Part shown: one piece after another, positions 40,873-52,554 of the stretch | Position numbering within the stretch: the first letter of the stretch is position 1 | Layout of the letters: every line of letters begins with the position of its first letter | Assembly (NCBI GenBank): GCA_965218795.1 | Contig: OZ244653.1 | Location: 3,936,001-4,000,000 of the forward strand | Reading direction: 5' to 3' | DNA length: 64,000 nt | Source of the DNA: a bacterium | GTDB taxonomy: Bacteria; UBA8248; JACPRG01; G963555815 | The notes under the pieces: generated by a model | What the model was told of the DNA's origin: nothing | The model's input: the letters and a program-made list of their open reading frames with translations, nothing else | Database searches by the model: none | Translations under genes and position numbers: made by a program

Positions 40873-40980
40873 TGGATTCCTGCCGCAGCCTGTCCTCGAA
40901 TGTCTTGGTCGGGGGCAGGAATGACAGAACAGGACCATGCAGACCCCCCCGTCTTGTCATTCCGCGTAGGCGGGAATCCA
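40873..40980. repeat. Paired GGATTCC...GGAATGAC palindromic elements
   Basis: Same family as 14593, 8529 and 41450. Confidence 0.7.
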
Positions 40981-41448
40981 CACCGAACGACCCCATCCGA
41001 GATATCGAAACCAGGGCCGAAGGCCCATCGAAACCATCAACCTGCTCGTTAGCCAAGATGGTTAAGATGACACTTCAATAGCAACTTATAACAGAAAAAT
41101 CGAAATTCAAGCGAAATTGGACTTCCCGCGTCTGCATACACGGAAGGCATCCTTTCATAATCCGTTCTCCTGAAAGGGATGAAAGGGGTTCCCCGGATCA
41201 TGAGGAGGGATTGGATAACCAGGCTTTCGTGAGCTCTGCCAGAGGGAGGCCGTGTCAATCATTCAGTATGGTGTCCCCGTAATTATGCATAGGCTGTGGG
41301 GCTGGAAACCGAGACCCCCTTGAGCTTGAGTTGCCGGCTCAACCTCACGCAACCCTCACATGGGATGCTCCTTCGAGAGCGCCAGGGTCTGCTCCACCAC
41401 CTCGGGGGGGGGATGGGATGGGATTTGTGAATCGGGACAGGTCTTTCC

Positions 41449-41520
41449 TGGATTCCTGCTTGCGCAGGAATGACAGGCTGCTATGCGTGGGCCTCGTTTG
41501 TCATTCCCGCGGAGGTGGAT
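41449..41520. repeat. Paired GGATTCC...GGAATGAC palindromic elements
   Basis: GGATTCCTGCTTGCGCAGGAATGACA and TGTCATTCCCGC. Confidence 0.7.
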
Positions 41521-41629
41521 AATGGGCATAGCTTCTTTCCTTCCTGATTACCGTCTCAGTGCATAAATGCGCTCGCGATCCAACTCTCTTCCTCGCCCCT
41601 GTGATTGAGGCGTACTTGCAGGACCTTTT

Positions 41630-42483
41630 CTACACGGCAAGGTCAAGTGGAAGGTCTGCGATATCTTTCAAGCGTTTCCCATTCACCATAATCTCAAGCA
41701 TCTCCTGAGCGTCTGAAAGGGCGAGTTCCTCTACGGTTTCCCACAGCTCCGGCAGCGCAAAGTGGTATACACAGTCGATGTCACCCGTTCCAAGGGCAAT
41801 CGAGGCCAGGCGACTTGGCAAAGGCTCGCCCGTTACCACAACAATGTGGGGAAGACGGCCTTTCCGATTCCTGACCAGGTTGAGCGCCTCTGTGCGCGAA
41901 TTCTGCACCCTATCGCTTCGTATCGTCCATTTACAGGAAATGCTTGCATGGAGTAGCGGAAGGCCACCATTGACTTTGCGAAGACTGGCGAGTTTCGTAT
42001 ATTGGTCATCGACCAAATTCTCATGTACATTGATAGCGGCATCTTCTTCTGTCTCTCGCGTAATAACGACATCCGGCGTGATAACGTAGTCACTGCCCAG
42101 TGCTGCCGCAAGCTGAGGGTCTCGACTTGCGGCTTCCTGGAGAGCGGTCAAGTGAGCATATTGCTCGTGACCGGCAATGATGAATCGAACCCCTTTCTCT
42201 ATGTTCCAAGCGCCCGGGCGCAAATGATCGAGTCTCAAGAAGGTGCTCTCAAGGAAAGCCAGGCAGATTTCCTCGAACCGGTTTCCAGACATTTGACCCG
42301 CCAAACGGGTTCCTCTCACACCTGTTCCAATCCGTCCGGCAATCCCGCTCGCAACACGGATGCTGTTTTTGCTGCTTCTGTCTGATTACTCGCAATACCC
42401 GCATCATCGACCCGCAGAACCGAGTCGAGAAGGGCTGCATGGAGGTTCTTGCGCGCCTCTGAAAAGTGAGCCGCAGCGTTCAT
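41630..42483 (-). pseudogene. NgoMIV-family type II restriction endonuclease, 1-bp deletion near 42385
   Basis: Y.ITPDVV, ASISCKWTIRSDR.QNSRTEALN, GDIDCVYH, DLPLDLA; adding one G restores SNAD and the ATG at 42483. Confidence 0.85.
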
Positions 42484-42503
42484 CGTATGTCCCGCTCCGG
42501 CTG

Positions 42504-43906
42504 CTAAGGTTTCAGAAGGCCAATGACGTACTCTTCATGCATGCGTTGTTCTATCATCGAGTTGGATTTTCTTCCAAAGCGCGCAGGCATCATCCGTTTA
42601 TTTCGATCAAGTATGCGCTGCACGACCCCGACGACATCGAATCCGATCTCAGCGGCGATGGCCGCCAGACAGGAGTGGGTCTGAACGTCGATGCCGCGCA
42701 TTACCGACGGCCCCACAACGACAATTGCCGCCGACTCGCGGCGAAGCACGCGGTGCATTTCCGCAAATACGGATTTCATCTCGGTAAAATATTTATGGAG
42801 AATCCTGCTTTTCCCTTCGTCTCGCTTCGCCAGGCGCCGCACGATGCGCTCCGGCTTCTCGGGAAGCGGAGCCGGCAGAGTACCCTTGACGCGTTCTGAG
42901 CCAATATATTCAGACCGCAACTCAGACAAATCCTTCACGGACCTGCCCAGCCATACGAGAGAGAATTTATGCGCCCGCATGTAGTCTATGGCATTCGCAT
43001 AGGGCGGTGAGGTGACAATCAGGTCGATGCCGTTATCTGCAAACGGCATCGCCATGGCATCACCGGCCAGCGGGGTTGACGCCGCGCCGTTCAGGGGAAG
43101 CCCCATCAGGCTGGTGAGATTTTTTTGCAGACGCAGCGAGAACTGCTCAATAGCGTTTTTCGGGACCTTCTCGTTATCAAGGTGCGGGCGGCTGTGGGCC
43201 AGATCGCGCGCGCGGGTCACGCCTCCGGACTTGGTAATAATGATGGAGGAGAACGTGAGTTCCAGAAAACGGCGTACAGACGTGTCGGCAACGGACTCCA
43301 TTGCCAGCACCAATGCCATGAGCTCCCGTTGCGTCGTTGGTAGAAACCAATAGTCCACAAAGGTCTTCGTACGCTCGTCGAATCGCTGAGTGAGACGTTG
43401 TTCTATCGTTTTTCTTTTGCCAGCAAGGATGCCTGTGAAACAACTCTCTGTATGATTTTCTGGAGGTCGCCCAACTGTACCGGCTTTGTTTTTGCCTGGC
43501 ACAAGCGCAGGGCCAGCGGGTCAATATCAAGACCGACTCCCCTCCGTCCTTCGAGCAATGCTTCGACAACCGTAGTGCCCGAACCCATCATAGGGTCGAG
43601 CACAATATCCCCAGGAACACTCAGGCCGCGAATGAAGGCGCGGGGGAGTTGAGGGGGAAATCTCGCCGCGAACGCATGAAGGTGATGTGAGGCATAGTTG
43701 CCATTCTCGCCGTGAAAATTCAGGTCCCCCTCCAAAAGCGCGGCAAGTTTTTCGCTTTTACTTGGTTTGCCCTGATCCGGGATCAGGGCATGAGGGAAAG
43801 ACGAGGGGCCATGCTCCGCAAAGAGTGGCAGCTGTTTTTTCCGAGCGCGTGGTGATATGCTGTCGATTGAGGGTGCGGAAGTTATATTTTCTTCTTTCCT
43901 GGCCAT
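42504..43906 (-). pseudogene. Amino (N4-C/N6-A) DNA methyltransferase, frameshift in A-run near 43410
   Basis: DPMMGSGTT in 5' frame, TSPPY in 3' frame. Confidence 0.85.
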
Positions 43907-44241
43907 ACGCTTCTTGTCGAACTCAAAAGCCCTAACCAAAGGTTCCAGACGGCGCGAAGACAGTCATTCGTACCCAACAGCCAAGCGGGCGGCGGCGTAC
44001 CGTGGGCAAAGCGCGCCGCACGACATCTTGACCGCGAGACTTTTCGCTGCGCTCAGAGCGACATGCGGACGTTGGCTTCCTTAGATCGCGTATCTTTGAT
44101 TACAATCGGACGGATTGAACCGTTTCAGATCGAATCCACCGTCCGCCCTTGGCCGACTTTTCTTCTCCACATTGTACAGCTATCATACGATTGAAACCAG
44201 TTGAACAGCCGCCAGGCCCACCTCATTCGAAGACGGAACGC

Positions 44242-44337
44242 ATGAACCACGTCAAGGTCGGCTTGATCCAGATGGCGTTGCAATGCTCGACGGCTCTGCC
44301 GACGGATGAAATCCGCGAAACGATGATCGAGGCGCAC
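44242..44337 (+). pseudogene. 5' stump of a nitrilase paralog
   Basis: 44251-44337 is 83/87 identical to 47216-47302. Confidence 0.85.
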
Positions 44338-44907
44338 ACCCGTCCGAGATCGGTGAAGTAGGTCTCGACCGCCGTGATCAGTTTCGTGTTCGTTCCGCTC
44401 ATGATCTCTGTTGTCGCCGAGCCCGGCGCGGCGTACCAGAGCCGCCGCCGTCGCGACGCTGACCCCCGCCCGCAATGATCGGCCTGATACGCATTATGTG
44501 ACAGAGAGTGAAGCCGGACGGAACCGCGCCGATAGCACCCGCCCAGTCTGAAGGAAATGTCCGCAGGAATTGGTGCAGGACACCCGTGAATGGTGCCTGA
44601 TGCGACACCGGGCGGCCCGAAGGCTTTGTCTGGATCACGGCGGCCAACGACCGCGTGCCCATGACCGCGCAGCAGATGCTCGAGCTCGCCCTCAATATGA
44701 GCCGTCAAAGACGCGCCCGCCGAATGATCGCCCGGAATCTCAAAGCCGATATTGATGCCGCTACCACCATAGACGCCGTCAACGCCATCGATATCGTTAT
44801 CCCGTGGCCTGGAAAGGACCCGTAATTTTCCAGGGTAAAACCCCTTGGGGAAAAGGGCATTTTCCAGGCCATTGGCAATTATTTTTGTTCGCCTACAGTG
44901 GTTTCCA

Positions 44908-44947
44908 GAAGAAAAGGGAGGGGAGGAGCAACCTCCCCCCTTCCCTT
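44908..44947 (-). terminator. Rho-independent terminator
   Basis: G-rich/C-rich stem followed by TTTTCTTC just after stop of 44955-45980. Confidence 0.65.
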
Positions 44948-44954
44948 CAGTTTC

Positions 44955-45980
44955 CTAATTCGACCGCTTGGGGAACAGCTTGGGCAGGAAACGGTTCGTA
45001 TAAATCTCGTCCAAAGGCACCTTCACCTTGACGCCGCCGAATTTCATCATCAGGTCCCTTGTCCGCTCCATTTTCTTGCGGCTCTGGTACCCGATGCCCT
45101 GCTTCATTGCCGTCGGTGTCAGGAGATGATCCATGACGGTGTCCCAAACAGCCAGAATGGCCTTGCGCGATGTGGTGGGATTGTATTCCCCCTGGATGAA
45201 CAGGTCAGTCGCCTCTTCAGGGTGTTCGACGGCGTAGGCGACCCCCTTGTACATGGCATGAACGAACCGCCTCACTTCATCCGGTTTCCGGGCGATTCGG
45301 TCGTCCGTCGTCATAAACGCACTCGAATAAGGGTCCACGCCATAGTCGGCGTACAGGAGGATGACCGGTTTCTTCCCAGCCATCCGAGACTTGTTGGTGA
45401 AGAGAGACTCCAGCGTATTGAAGGCCAAGGTCGAGTCGATCTTGCCGGAGATCACGCTGGGAATCGTGACGGTAAACGCCATGTAGAGCCACTTGATCTT
45501 TTTTGGGTCCACGCCGTTCGCCGAAGCCAGGGCGGGGAACATCTGATGGGGGGCCGATCCTTTGCCGACGCCGATAGTCCGGCCCTCCAGGTCTTTGGGG
45601 CTCCGGATGCCTTTGTCCGCGGTCGTATAGATGGCATGGAGGGACTTGTCGTGAAACATCCCGATGGCCTTGAGCTTCATCCCCTTGGCGCGGGCTTGAA
45701 TGATAACGCCCGTATCGGAGTTGGCGTAATCATTCCGCCCGGCGGAGACCGTCTTCACCGTTTTGCCCGACCCGAAGCCCCGGACGATCTTCACATCCAG
45801 CCCGACCTCCCTGAAAAAGCCCTTGTCGAGCGCCGTGAACCAACCCAGGTCGCGGCCATAAAACAGCCAGTCGGAGTTGTACGTGACCTTTTCGGCCGCC
45901 TGCGCGGTGAGCGCGCCGAGGAGAAGAGCAGCCGTGAAGAACCCAATGCGCCCAGCGAGAGTGACCATTAACCTGTGCAT
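44955..45980 (-). CDS. ABC substrate-binding protein, NMT1/THI5 family
   Basis: DW.FYGRDLGW, KGFFREVGL, RGFGS, YTNRF; GGAGG RBS. Confidence 0.88.
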   Translation of the reverse strand: MHRLMVTLAGRIGFFTAALLLGALTAQAAEKVTYNSDWLFYGRDLGWFTALDKGFFREVGLDVKIVRGFGSGKTVKTVSAGRNDYANSDTGVIIQARAKGMKLKAIGMFHDKSLHAIYTTADKGIRSPKDLEGRTIGVGKGSAPHQMFPALASANGVDPKKIKWLYMAFTVTIPSVISGKIDSTLAFNTLESLFTNKSRMAGKKPVILLYADYGVDPYSSAFMTTDDRIARKPDEVRRFVHAMYKGVAYAVEHPEEATDLFIQGEYNPTTSRKAILAVWDTVMDHLLTPTAMKQGIGYQSRKKMERTRDLMMKFGGVKVKVPLDEIYTNRFLPKLFPKRSN

Positions 45981-46261
45981 GGTGGTGAAACCCTCCTCCT
46001 CCAAGGATGACATTCAGCCTTTCCAATGGGAATGGAAAGACAAAAAACGCGGGGTTTTTCTAATGGCGACAGTTTAGCACATCCCGCTGTCCTCGAGTGA
46101 TTTCACCCCTCGCCCGCCCAGGTCAGCTTGACAAATGATGACGGGCTTCGTTAACGTTGGACCGCGAGGCTGGGCAAGTGAATTGGTGCAGCGGGGACAG
46201 CGGTTTCTCAAGCTTAGAGGTTCAGGCTCGTCTCTCCACATTATTCTGCTGGAAGGCTCTC

Positions 46262-46430
46262 ATGCCCCTGTCAGCCCTTGAAGAAAAGGTTCTCGCGGCC
46301 GTTGACGCGGAGCGTCCGCTCACGAGGAGTCCCTCCGCGGCCTCATTCGCATAAAGAGCCACACGGGGATGGAAGGGCCGGGCCAGCGGGACATTCTTCG
46401 GAAATTCCAGGAGATGGGCTTGGCGGAAGA
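46262..46430 (+). pseudogene. M20 (ArgE/DapE-like) peptidase N-terminal stump
   Basis: LEEKVLAAVD..., shifted LRGLIRIKSHTG.E..Q......EMGL. Confidence 0.5.
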
Positions 46431-46571
46431 GCCGGGCGGCGTTCTTCCTCAACCTGCTGGACTTGCTGTTGTCTCCGCGCCACCAAGCCGCCCCATTTTA
46501 TCACTGATACGGGATCTCTGAGCAGAACCAGCGCTTCTACCGAGAGGCTCTACGGTCGTCCGAAACCCAGC

Positions 46572-46862
46572 CTACGCTTCCACCTCGTGCACCTCGAACA
46601 CCCTGGTCGTGGGTGGGGCGGTGAAGAGATCGCCCACCTCCTCCATCATCCTGGGCCTTAACCCTTCCGAGGCGGCCTCGGCGTCTTCCTTTGTTTCCCA
46701 AAGGCTGAACGATCCGAATTCGTTCGCTTCATCATCCCCGATGAAGACCATCGACTTGAATCCCTTCAAGGCTTTGTACGCGGCGGAAGCTACGCGCGCG
46801 CTCTCGTGCCCTTTATCCAACGTCCCCGGCTTGAAATGTAGCAGATTGATGCGCGCATACAT
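46572..46862 (-). CDS. ABM (antibiotic biosynthesis monooxygenase)-fold small protein
   Basis: KPG, GF, SLWETKEDAEA pattern, 96 aa. Confidence 0.75.
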   Translation of the reverse strand: MYARINLLHFKPGTLDKGHESARVASAAYKALKGFKSMVFIGDDEANEFGSFSLWETKEDAEAASEGLRPRMMEEVGDLFTAPPTTRVFEVHEVEA

Positions 46863-47206
46863 GGTTCTTGTCTCGTGTCACTGAGTTGTCTGTCAGGAAC
46901 CCGTGTCAGTGTACCCGATTGGAAGGACAATCCAACCGTAAAATCACGCTGGAATCTTCCCCCCCGCCGGACCGGGGACCTCCCGCCGAGGGATGAGGCG
47001 ACGGAGATAATCCTTCGCAACGCACGGCCGCCGGGACGACCGTTGGCCGGCTCACCGGAATGGCAAATCACACGAGATCGGCTGAATGACTGTGCCCGTA
47101 CACGCAAACTCGCCAACCTCCCTGAAATCGGTGTAATCTGTGCAATCCCCGCCTGCGCGGGGACGGCGTCTGTGGATCATCCATCTGAAAAAGGGCCGGA
47201 GGAAGG

Positions 47207-48073
<867 letters not shown>

Positions 48074-48341
48074 CCCCGCCCATCCCGGTCTTTTCCCCTA
48101 TTCGATTGTTGGATCCATGATTTCGTCTGATGGAAGTCACCGAAACCTCTCAGGAAAGACACATCCTGCGCGTTCCGGTGATGGATTCGGAGTAAACTGA
48201 GCGGGATCATTTCGCGAGCGGACAGGACCGAATCCGTGCTGGAGCCGGAGTGCATCACATTCTGATCGGTCTGAGCCCTGCGGCTTCCGGGCGCGCCGGT
48301 CTTCCTCCGGTCTCAAGCCAGGACGTAAGGCGTGCGCACTG

Positions 48342-48782
48342 ATGGGCGGATGGAAGATTCTCGGGTTCACGCTTCTCGTCCTGGTCACTATTCTTTTCGG
48401 GGTTGCGGTCGGAGGGGCGATTGTGGGTGGACTCTCCCGGTACGGGTCGCTCAAGCCTTGCGCCATCCTCGAGGCGGAGGCTGTCGCCGCCATCGACAGG
48501 GAGTTGGGGAAAGCGCTCCGAAAGCAGCCCTCCCTCGCCGGCCTGGAAGGAGTCGCCCGGCCGTTCATCCAATCCGCGGTGAAATCCGAATTGCGGAAAA
48601 AGGCGTTTACGCAGATCGAGTGCGCCCGTATCGGATTCCGCTTTCTGACCCAGGATCCCCGCCAGGTGATCGAGGATCTCTTCCCGGAGATTGAATCTCT
48701 CAGAGAACTCGGCGGATCTTTCAAACGCCCGGAAAAGTCTCTGAAAAATCTTGGCGAACCGTTGAAGAACCGACAGCCTTGA
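48342..48782 (+). CDS. Hypothetical membrane-anchored protein
   Basis: N-terminal TM segment, two Cys, GC3-biased codons. Confidence 0.55.
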   Translation: MGGWKILGFTLLVLVTILFGVAVGGAIVGGLSRYGSLKPCAILEAEAVAAIDRELGKALRKQPSLAGLEGVARPFIQSAVKSELRKKAFTQIECARIGFRFLTQDPRQVIEDLFPEIESLRELGGSFKRPEKSLKNLGEPLKNRQP

Positions 48783-49193
48783 CGCCGTGGGATTTCCCTG
48801 AAAAAAGCACTCGACTGCCGTCCACTCTTCCGCACCCAATCAGTTTTGCCCATACATCAGTCGACAAAGGAGGGAGCATCCCTTAATGAAGCCTCCCCAT
48901 GCCGTAACAGCCGCCTGAACCCCACTGGGCCGGACTCGATTTCTCAGAACCGGAATCTCAAAAACAGAGGACCAATCCGTGAGTCCAGAACTGGGATCCA
49001 TCTGATTGGAACGGGCTCGAAACACCAAGGCCCATCGATTGAATCGCAAAAAAGTTTTGAGTTTCCCTTTGGAAGAAGCGGGGTTATGATGGTGACCTTC
49101 TGGAGGCCGAGTCAACGGGACACAAGAATTTCGGTATCGGGCTCAAATTGCGGCGGGCGGTCCAATCCCACCTGCACGCAGAGGAGAAGAATC

Positions 49194-49607
49194 ATGGCTG
49201 AGCGCGTTCGGATCGTGGATTATTACTATGTGACTTCCGACGACAGACCGGGAGAAGGCGCTGGGGTTCTCTCCGCTTTGAAAAGCGCCCGCGTCAATCT
49301 GCTCGCTGTCCACGCCTTTCCCGAAGGACAGCGGATTCAAGTCGATCTGGTCCCCAGCAACCCGGAAGCTTTGGTCAAAGCGGCCCGGAAGGCAAAGCTC
49401 AAGCTGAGCAGGAAAAAGAAGGCCTTCCTCGTGACGGGGGATGACAAAGGCGGGGCTTTGACGCCCATCCTGAATCAACTGGCCGAAGCCAAAGTGAACG
49501 TCACCGCGCTCACCGCGCTGACCGGGGGCAGCAAGCGGTTCGGAGCGATTTTCTGGGTGAACCCCCGCGATATGGGACGGGCCTCAAAGGCCCTGGGAAT
49601 CAAATGA
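49194..49607 (+). CDS. Tandem ACT-domain protein
   Basis: DDRPG..L..L...VNL and DDKGG.L..IL..LA...VNV; GAGGAG RBS. Confidence 0.8.
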   Translation: MAERVRIVDYYYVTSDDRPGEGAGVLSALKSARVNLLAVHAFPEGQRIQVDLVPSNPEALVKAARKAKLKLSRKKKAFLVTGDDKGGALTPILNQLAEAKVNVTALTALTGGSKRFGAIFWVNPRDMGRASKALGIK

Positions 49608-49691
49608 ACCACCTCAAGGGGGGGGCGCCGGATGGGTCCGAGGGCACAATGAAAATCTCATGCGAAACCGCTCGGCCGTGGAGGGGACATC

Positions 49692-51185
49692 GTGGCGGGT
49701 GAGATCCTTCTGAACAATTGCATCGTCATTACGCTCAATCAGGACAACGAGATTTTCGAGCAGGGCGCGGTGCTCGTCCGGAACGGCGTCATCGAAGACG
49801 TCGGCCGGGATGTGGAGGCGCCACCGGACTATTCTGGGCCCGTCCGCGACCTTCAGGGCCGAATCGTGCTGCCCGGAACCGTCAATTGTCATTGCCATTT
49901 CGAAGAGATGGCGGTCCGCAGCCTGAACTACGGCCTCCCCCTGGAGCCTTGGCTCCCCTACAAGATCGCCGCGATCCGTTACATGAACATGTCGCAGGAG
50001 GAGTTCACCGCACTCCTGGCCCTGGCCTGTCTCGAGATGCTCGAGAACGGAGTGACCTCGGGTCTTCACCACATGGGTTCCGGCCTGACGGTGGAAGACG
50101 ATAAGATCGACGCGGCCATTCATGCCTACCGAGCGACCGGCCTTCGGGCGGCTCTCTGCCCGCTCATCGCCGACAAGACACGCCGTGAGGAAATGCCGAT
50201 TGACACAGCCGGCCTTCCGGAGCCGGCTCGCACCCTGATGGAATCGGACAAAGCCCCGCCCACCGAGCTTCTCTTGGAGCGGGCAGAGGCGGCCATTGAA
50301 AAAGCGGAGGCAGCAGGGTCTTCCCGAATCAGCGGCGGCGTTGGTCCCTCGGCGCCCCAGCGATGCTCGGACGAACTTCTCCGGGGCTGCGCGGAGCTGG
50401 CGGAAAAAAGAAACGTCCCGCTCCACACACACCTTCTGGAAAGCCGCGTTCAGGCCCACCAGGCGAAACAAGTTTACGGTTCCACCATCCCCGAGCATCT
50501 TCAGGAGGTGGGCTACCTGTCTCCGCGGGCATCCTTCGCCCACTCCATCTGGCTAACCGATTCGGACATCGAGCTGCTCGCCGCCAACGGCTGCCGTGTC
50601 GCCCATAACCCCGGCTCCAATCTCAAATTGGGCAGCGGGATCGCACCCGTCCGAAAGTATCTCGACGCCGGAATTCCCGTAGGACTGGGGATTGACGGGG
50701 CCAACAGCAGCGACAAGGGAAGCGTGTTCCATCAGGCGCACTTGGCCGCCCAGATTCACAACGTGCGGGAAAACGACGCAGAGCGGGGAGTGACTCCCTC
50801 CGAAGCCATCCGAATGGCGGCCTGGGGGGGCGCGTCCGTCATGCTCATGGAAGACCGCGTCGGGAGCATTGAGCCCGGCAAGGCCGCGGATCTCGTGGTC
50901 CTCGGACGTACGCTGAACTACGAGCCGATGATCGACCCGATCAACTCGATTGCGTTCGCCGAGGACGGAGAATCCGTCGATGAAGTGTTCGTCGAGGGAG
51001 AATCTCTGGTCCGTAACGGCAGAACTGTATTTTCCGATCGCGAGGATGTTTTGAAAATTGTGGATGGAGCGATTCAGCGGCTCCGTGAGAATCTCCCCGC
51101 CGCCCTGGCCGAGGCCGATGAGCTGCGTCCGCATCTCCTCGCGGTCTCCCGGAACTGCGCGAACCCGCCCTGGGATCCCGCCTGA
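49692..51185 (+). CDS. Amidohydrolase (TRZ/ATZ/deaminase family)
   Basis: PG.VNCHCH, HTHLLE, AHSIW, HNPGSNLKLGSG, GIDG, GKAAD. Confidence 0.9.
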   Translation: MAGEILLNNCIVITLNQDNEIFEQGAVLVRNGVIEDVGRDVEAPPDYSGPVRDLQGRIVLPGTVNCHCHFEEMAVRSLNYGLPLEPWLPYKIAAIRYMNMSQEEFTALLALACLEMLENGVTSGLHHMGSGLTVEDDKIDAAIHAYRATGLRAALCPLIADKTRREEMPIDTAGLPEPARTLMESDKAPPTELLLERAEAAIEKAEAAGSSRISGGVGPSAPQRCSDELLRGCAELAEKRNVPLHTHLLESRVQAHQAKQVYGSTIPEHLQEVGYLSPRASFAHSIWLTDSDIELLAANGCRVAHNPGSNLKLGSGIAPVRKYLDAGIPVGLGIDGANSSDKGSVFHQAHLAAQIHNVRENDAERGVTPSEAIRMAAWGGASVMLMEDRVGSIEPGKAADLVVLGRTLNYEPMIDPINSIAFAEDGESVDEVFVEGESLVRNGRTVFSDREDVLKIVDGAIQRLRENLPAALAEADELRPHLLAVSRNCANPPWDPA

Positions 51186-51226
51186 ATCTGACGGCAAAAT
51201 CGAGCACCGAAGAGGAGAAGGAAATC

Positions 51227-51766
51227 ATGGCCTACATACGACTGATCGATCACGAAAATGCGACGGGGGAGCTGAAGGAATTCTACGACTGGCTGGCGCC
51301 CATCGCGGGCGGCATCCCGAACATCGTCAAGCTGTCGAGTCTCAAACTGCCCGCAATGAAATCCTCCCAGGACCTCTATCAGTCTGTCCTCTATCACGAA
51401 TCCGGATTGACGATGACCCAAAAGGAAATGGTCTCGACGGTCGTGTCGGAGATCAACGGATGCGGTTACTGAGTAGGCCACCACGGAGGGTCGCTCCGTA
51501 AGCTGACCGAAGACGATGCGCTTGCCGATTCGATCATCCGGGACTACCGAAAAGCGGATGTCGACGGCCGTACGATGCGGATACTGGAGTTCTCGGAGAA
51601 GCTGACCAGGAACCCTGGACAAATGGGTGAGGCCGACGTTGCGGGGCTTCGCAACGAAGGGATGACCGACGAGGAAATCCTCGATCTGGTCCAGCTCATC
51701 GCCTACTTCAACTATATAAACCGCGTCGCGACCGCCTTGGGCGTAGACCCGGAAGAGGGGCACTGA
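51227..51766 (+). CDS. AhpD/CMD-like peroxidase-related protein, candidate selenoprotein (CxxU, TGA at 51470-51472)
   Basis: Two in-frame ORFs join through TGA: EMVSTVVSEINGCGY-U-VGHH...AYFNYINR; hairpin follows TGA. Confidence 0.85.
51483..51499 (+). promoter_or_regulatory. Candidate bacterial SECIS hairpin
   Basis: ACGGAG-GGTCG-CTCCGT; loop starts with G, 16 nt after the UGA. Confidence 0.65.
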
Positions 51767-51944
51767 AACAGGGCGGAATTCATCGAACAATCCGAATCAA
51801 GCGGGAAATCGGGATTTTTCGAACCCTTCGGTGCCCCCGGAGGCCGGTCGCCGAAAGGGTTGGCGCGTCGAGCGGCTGAAATCGCGGAGGTTGAATTAGA
51901 GCAGGGGGGTTCAACGAGCCGGATGAATCGGAAAACGAAGCTCC

Positions 51945-52226
51945 TTGCAGGCGCGGCTTACGTTGTCCAGCTCCTTGGCGAGCTCCAGCAGCGACAGCTT
52001 GCGTCGTGCGACCTTGTTCTTCGTGGTCATGTCCTGTCTCCTGGTCAGGGTGGGGGTGAAGGGTGATAACTCCATCCTACACACTCCCCAGGGGCGGCAT
52101 GACCACGCTGCACAACGTGGCCAACTGTCAGGTGATTACCGTCTCAGAACAACAAGGGCAGAGAAGAAAGTCATCAAGCAGCGACTCAGCGCCCTGCAGC
52201 TGGCCGAGGCCCTGGACAACGTATCG
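51945..52226. mobile_element. Two back-to-back IS481-family 5' remnants
   Basis: Minus: end TGTTCTGAGACGGTAATCA at 52151, MTTKNKVARRKLSLLELAKELDNVSRACK; plus: KQRLSALQLAEALDNVS; similar end at 41545-41563. Confidence 0.7.
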
Positions 52227-52554
52227 GGGGGGGGCGACCGGTAGCCCCGTGGCATTGCGTTGTTCCCTGCGCTTCTTATAATGACGTTCGGGAGCCGCGC
52301 GAGGGACCGGGAACCGTTTCCACACGAGCGCGGCGGGCTTCGACCGGACGATGCTCCTAATCAGAGACGATCAAGCGCTGCCCGTTAAGAGAATCATGCA
52401 ACGGGCATTCCACCATTCATTTCGTGACATTAGGCGGTCCCGATAAGATTCGCTATAATTGGGGGAACAGGAAACCCGAATTTTCAGTTGAGAGTCGTCC
52501 CGGTCCGCTGATCGGGAGACGAGGGGGATTCCCTTAACGCCGGTTGAAATCTCT

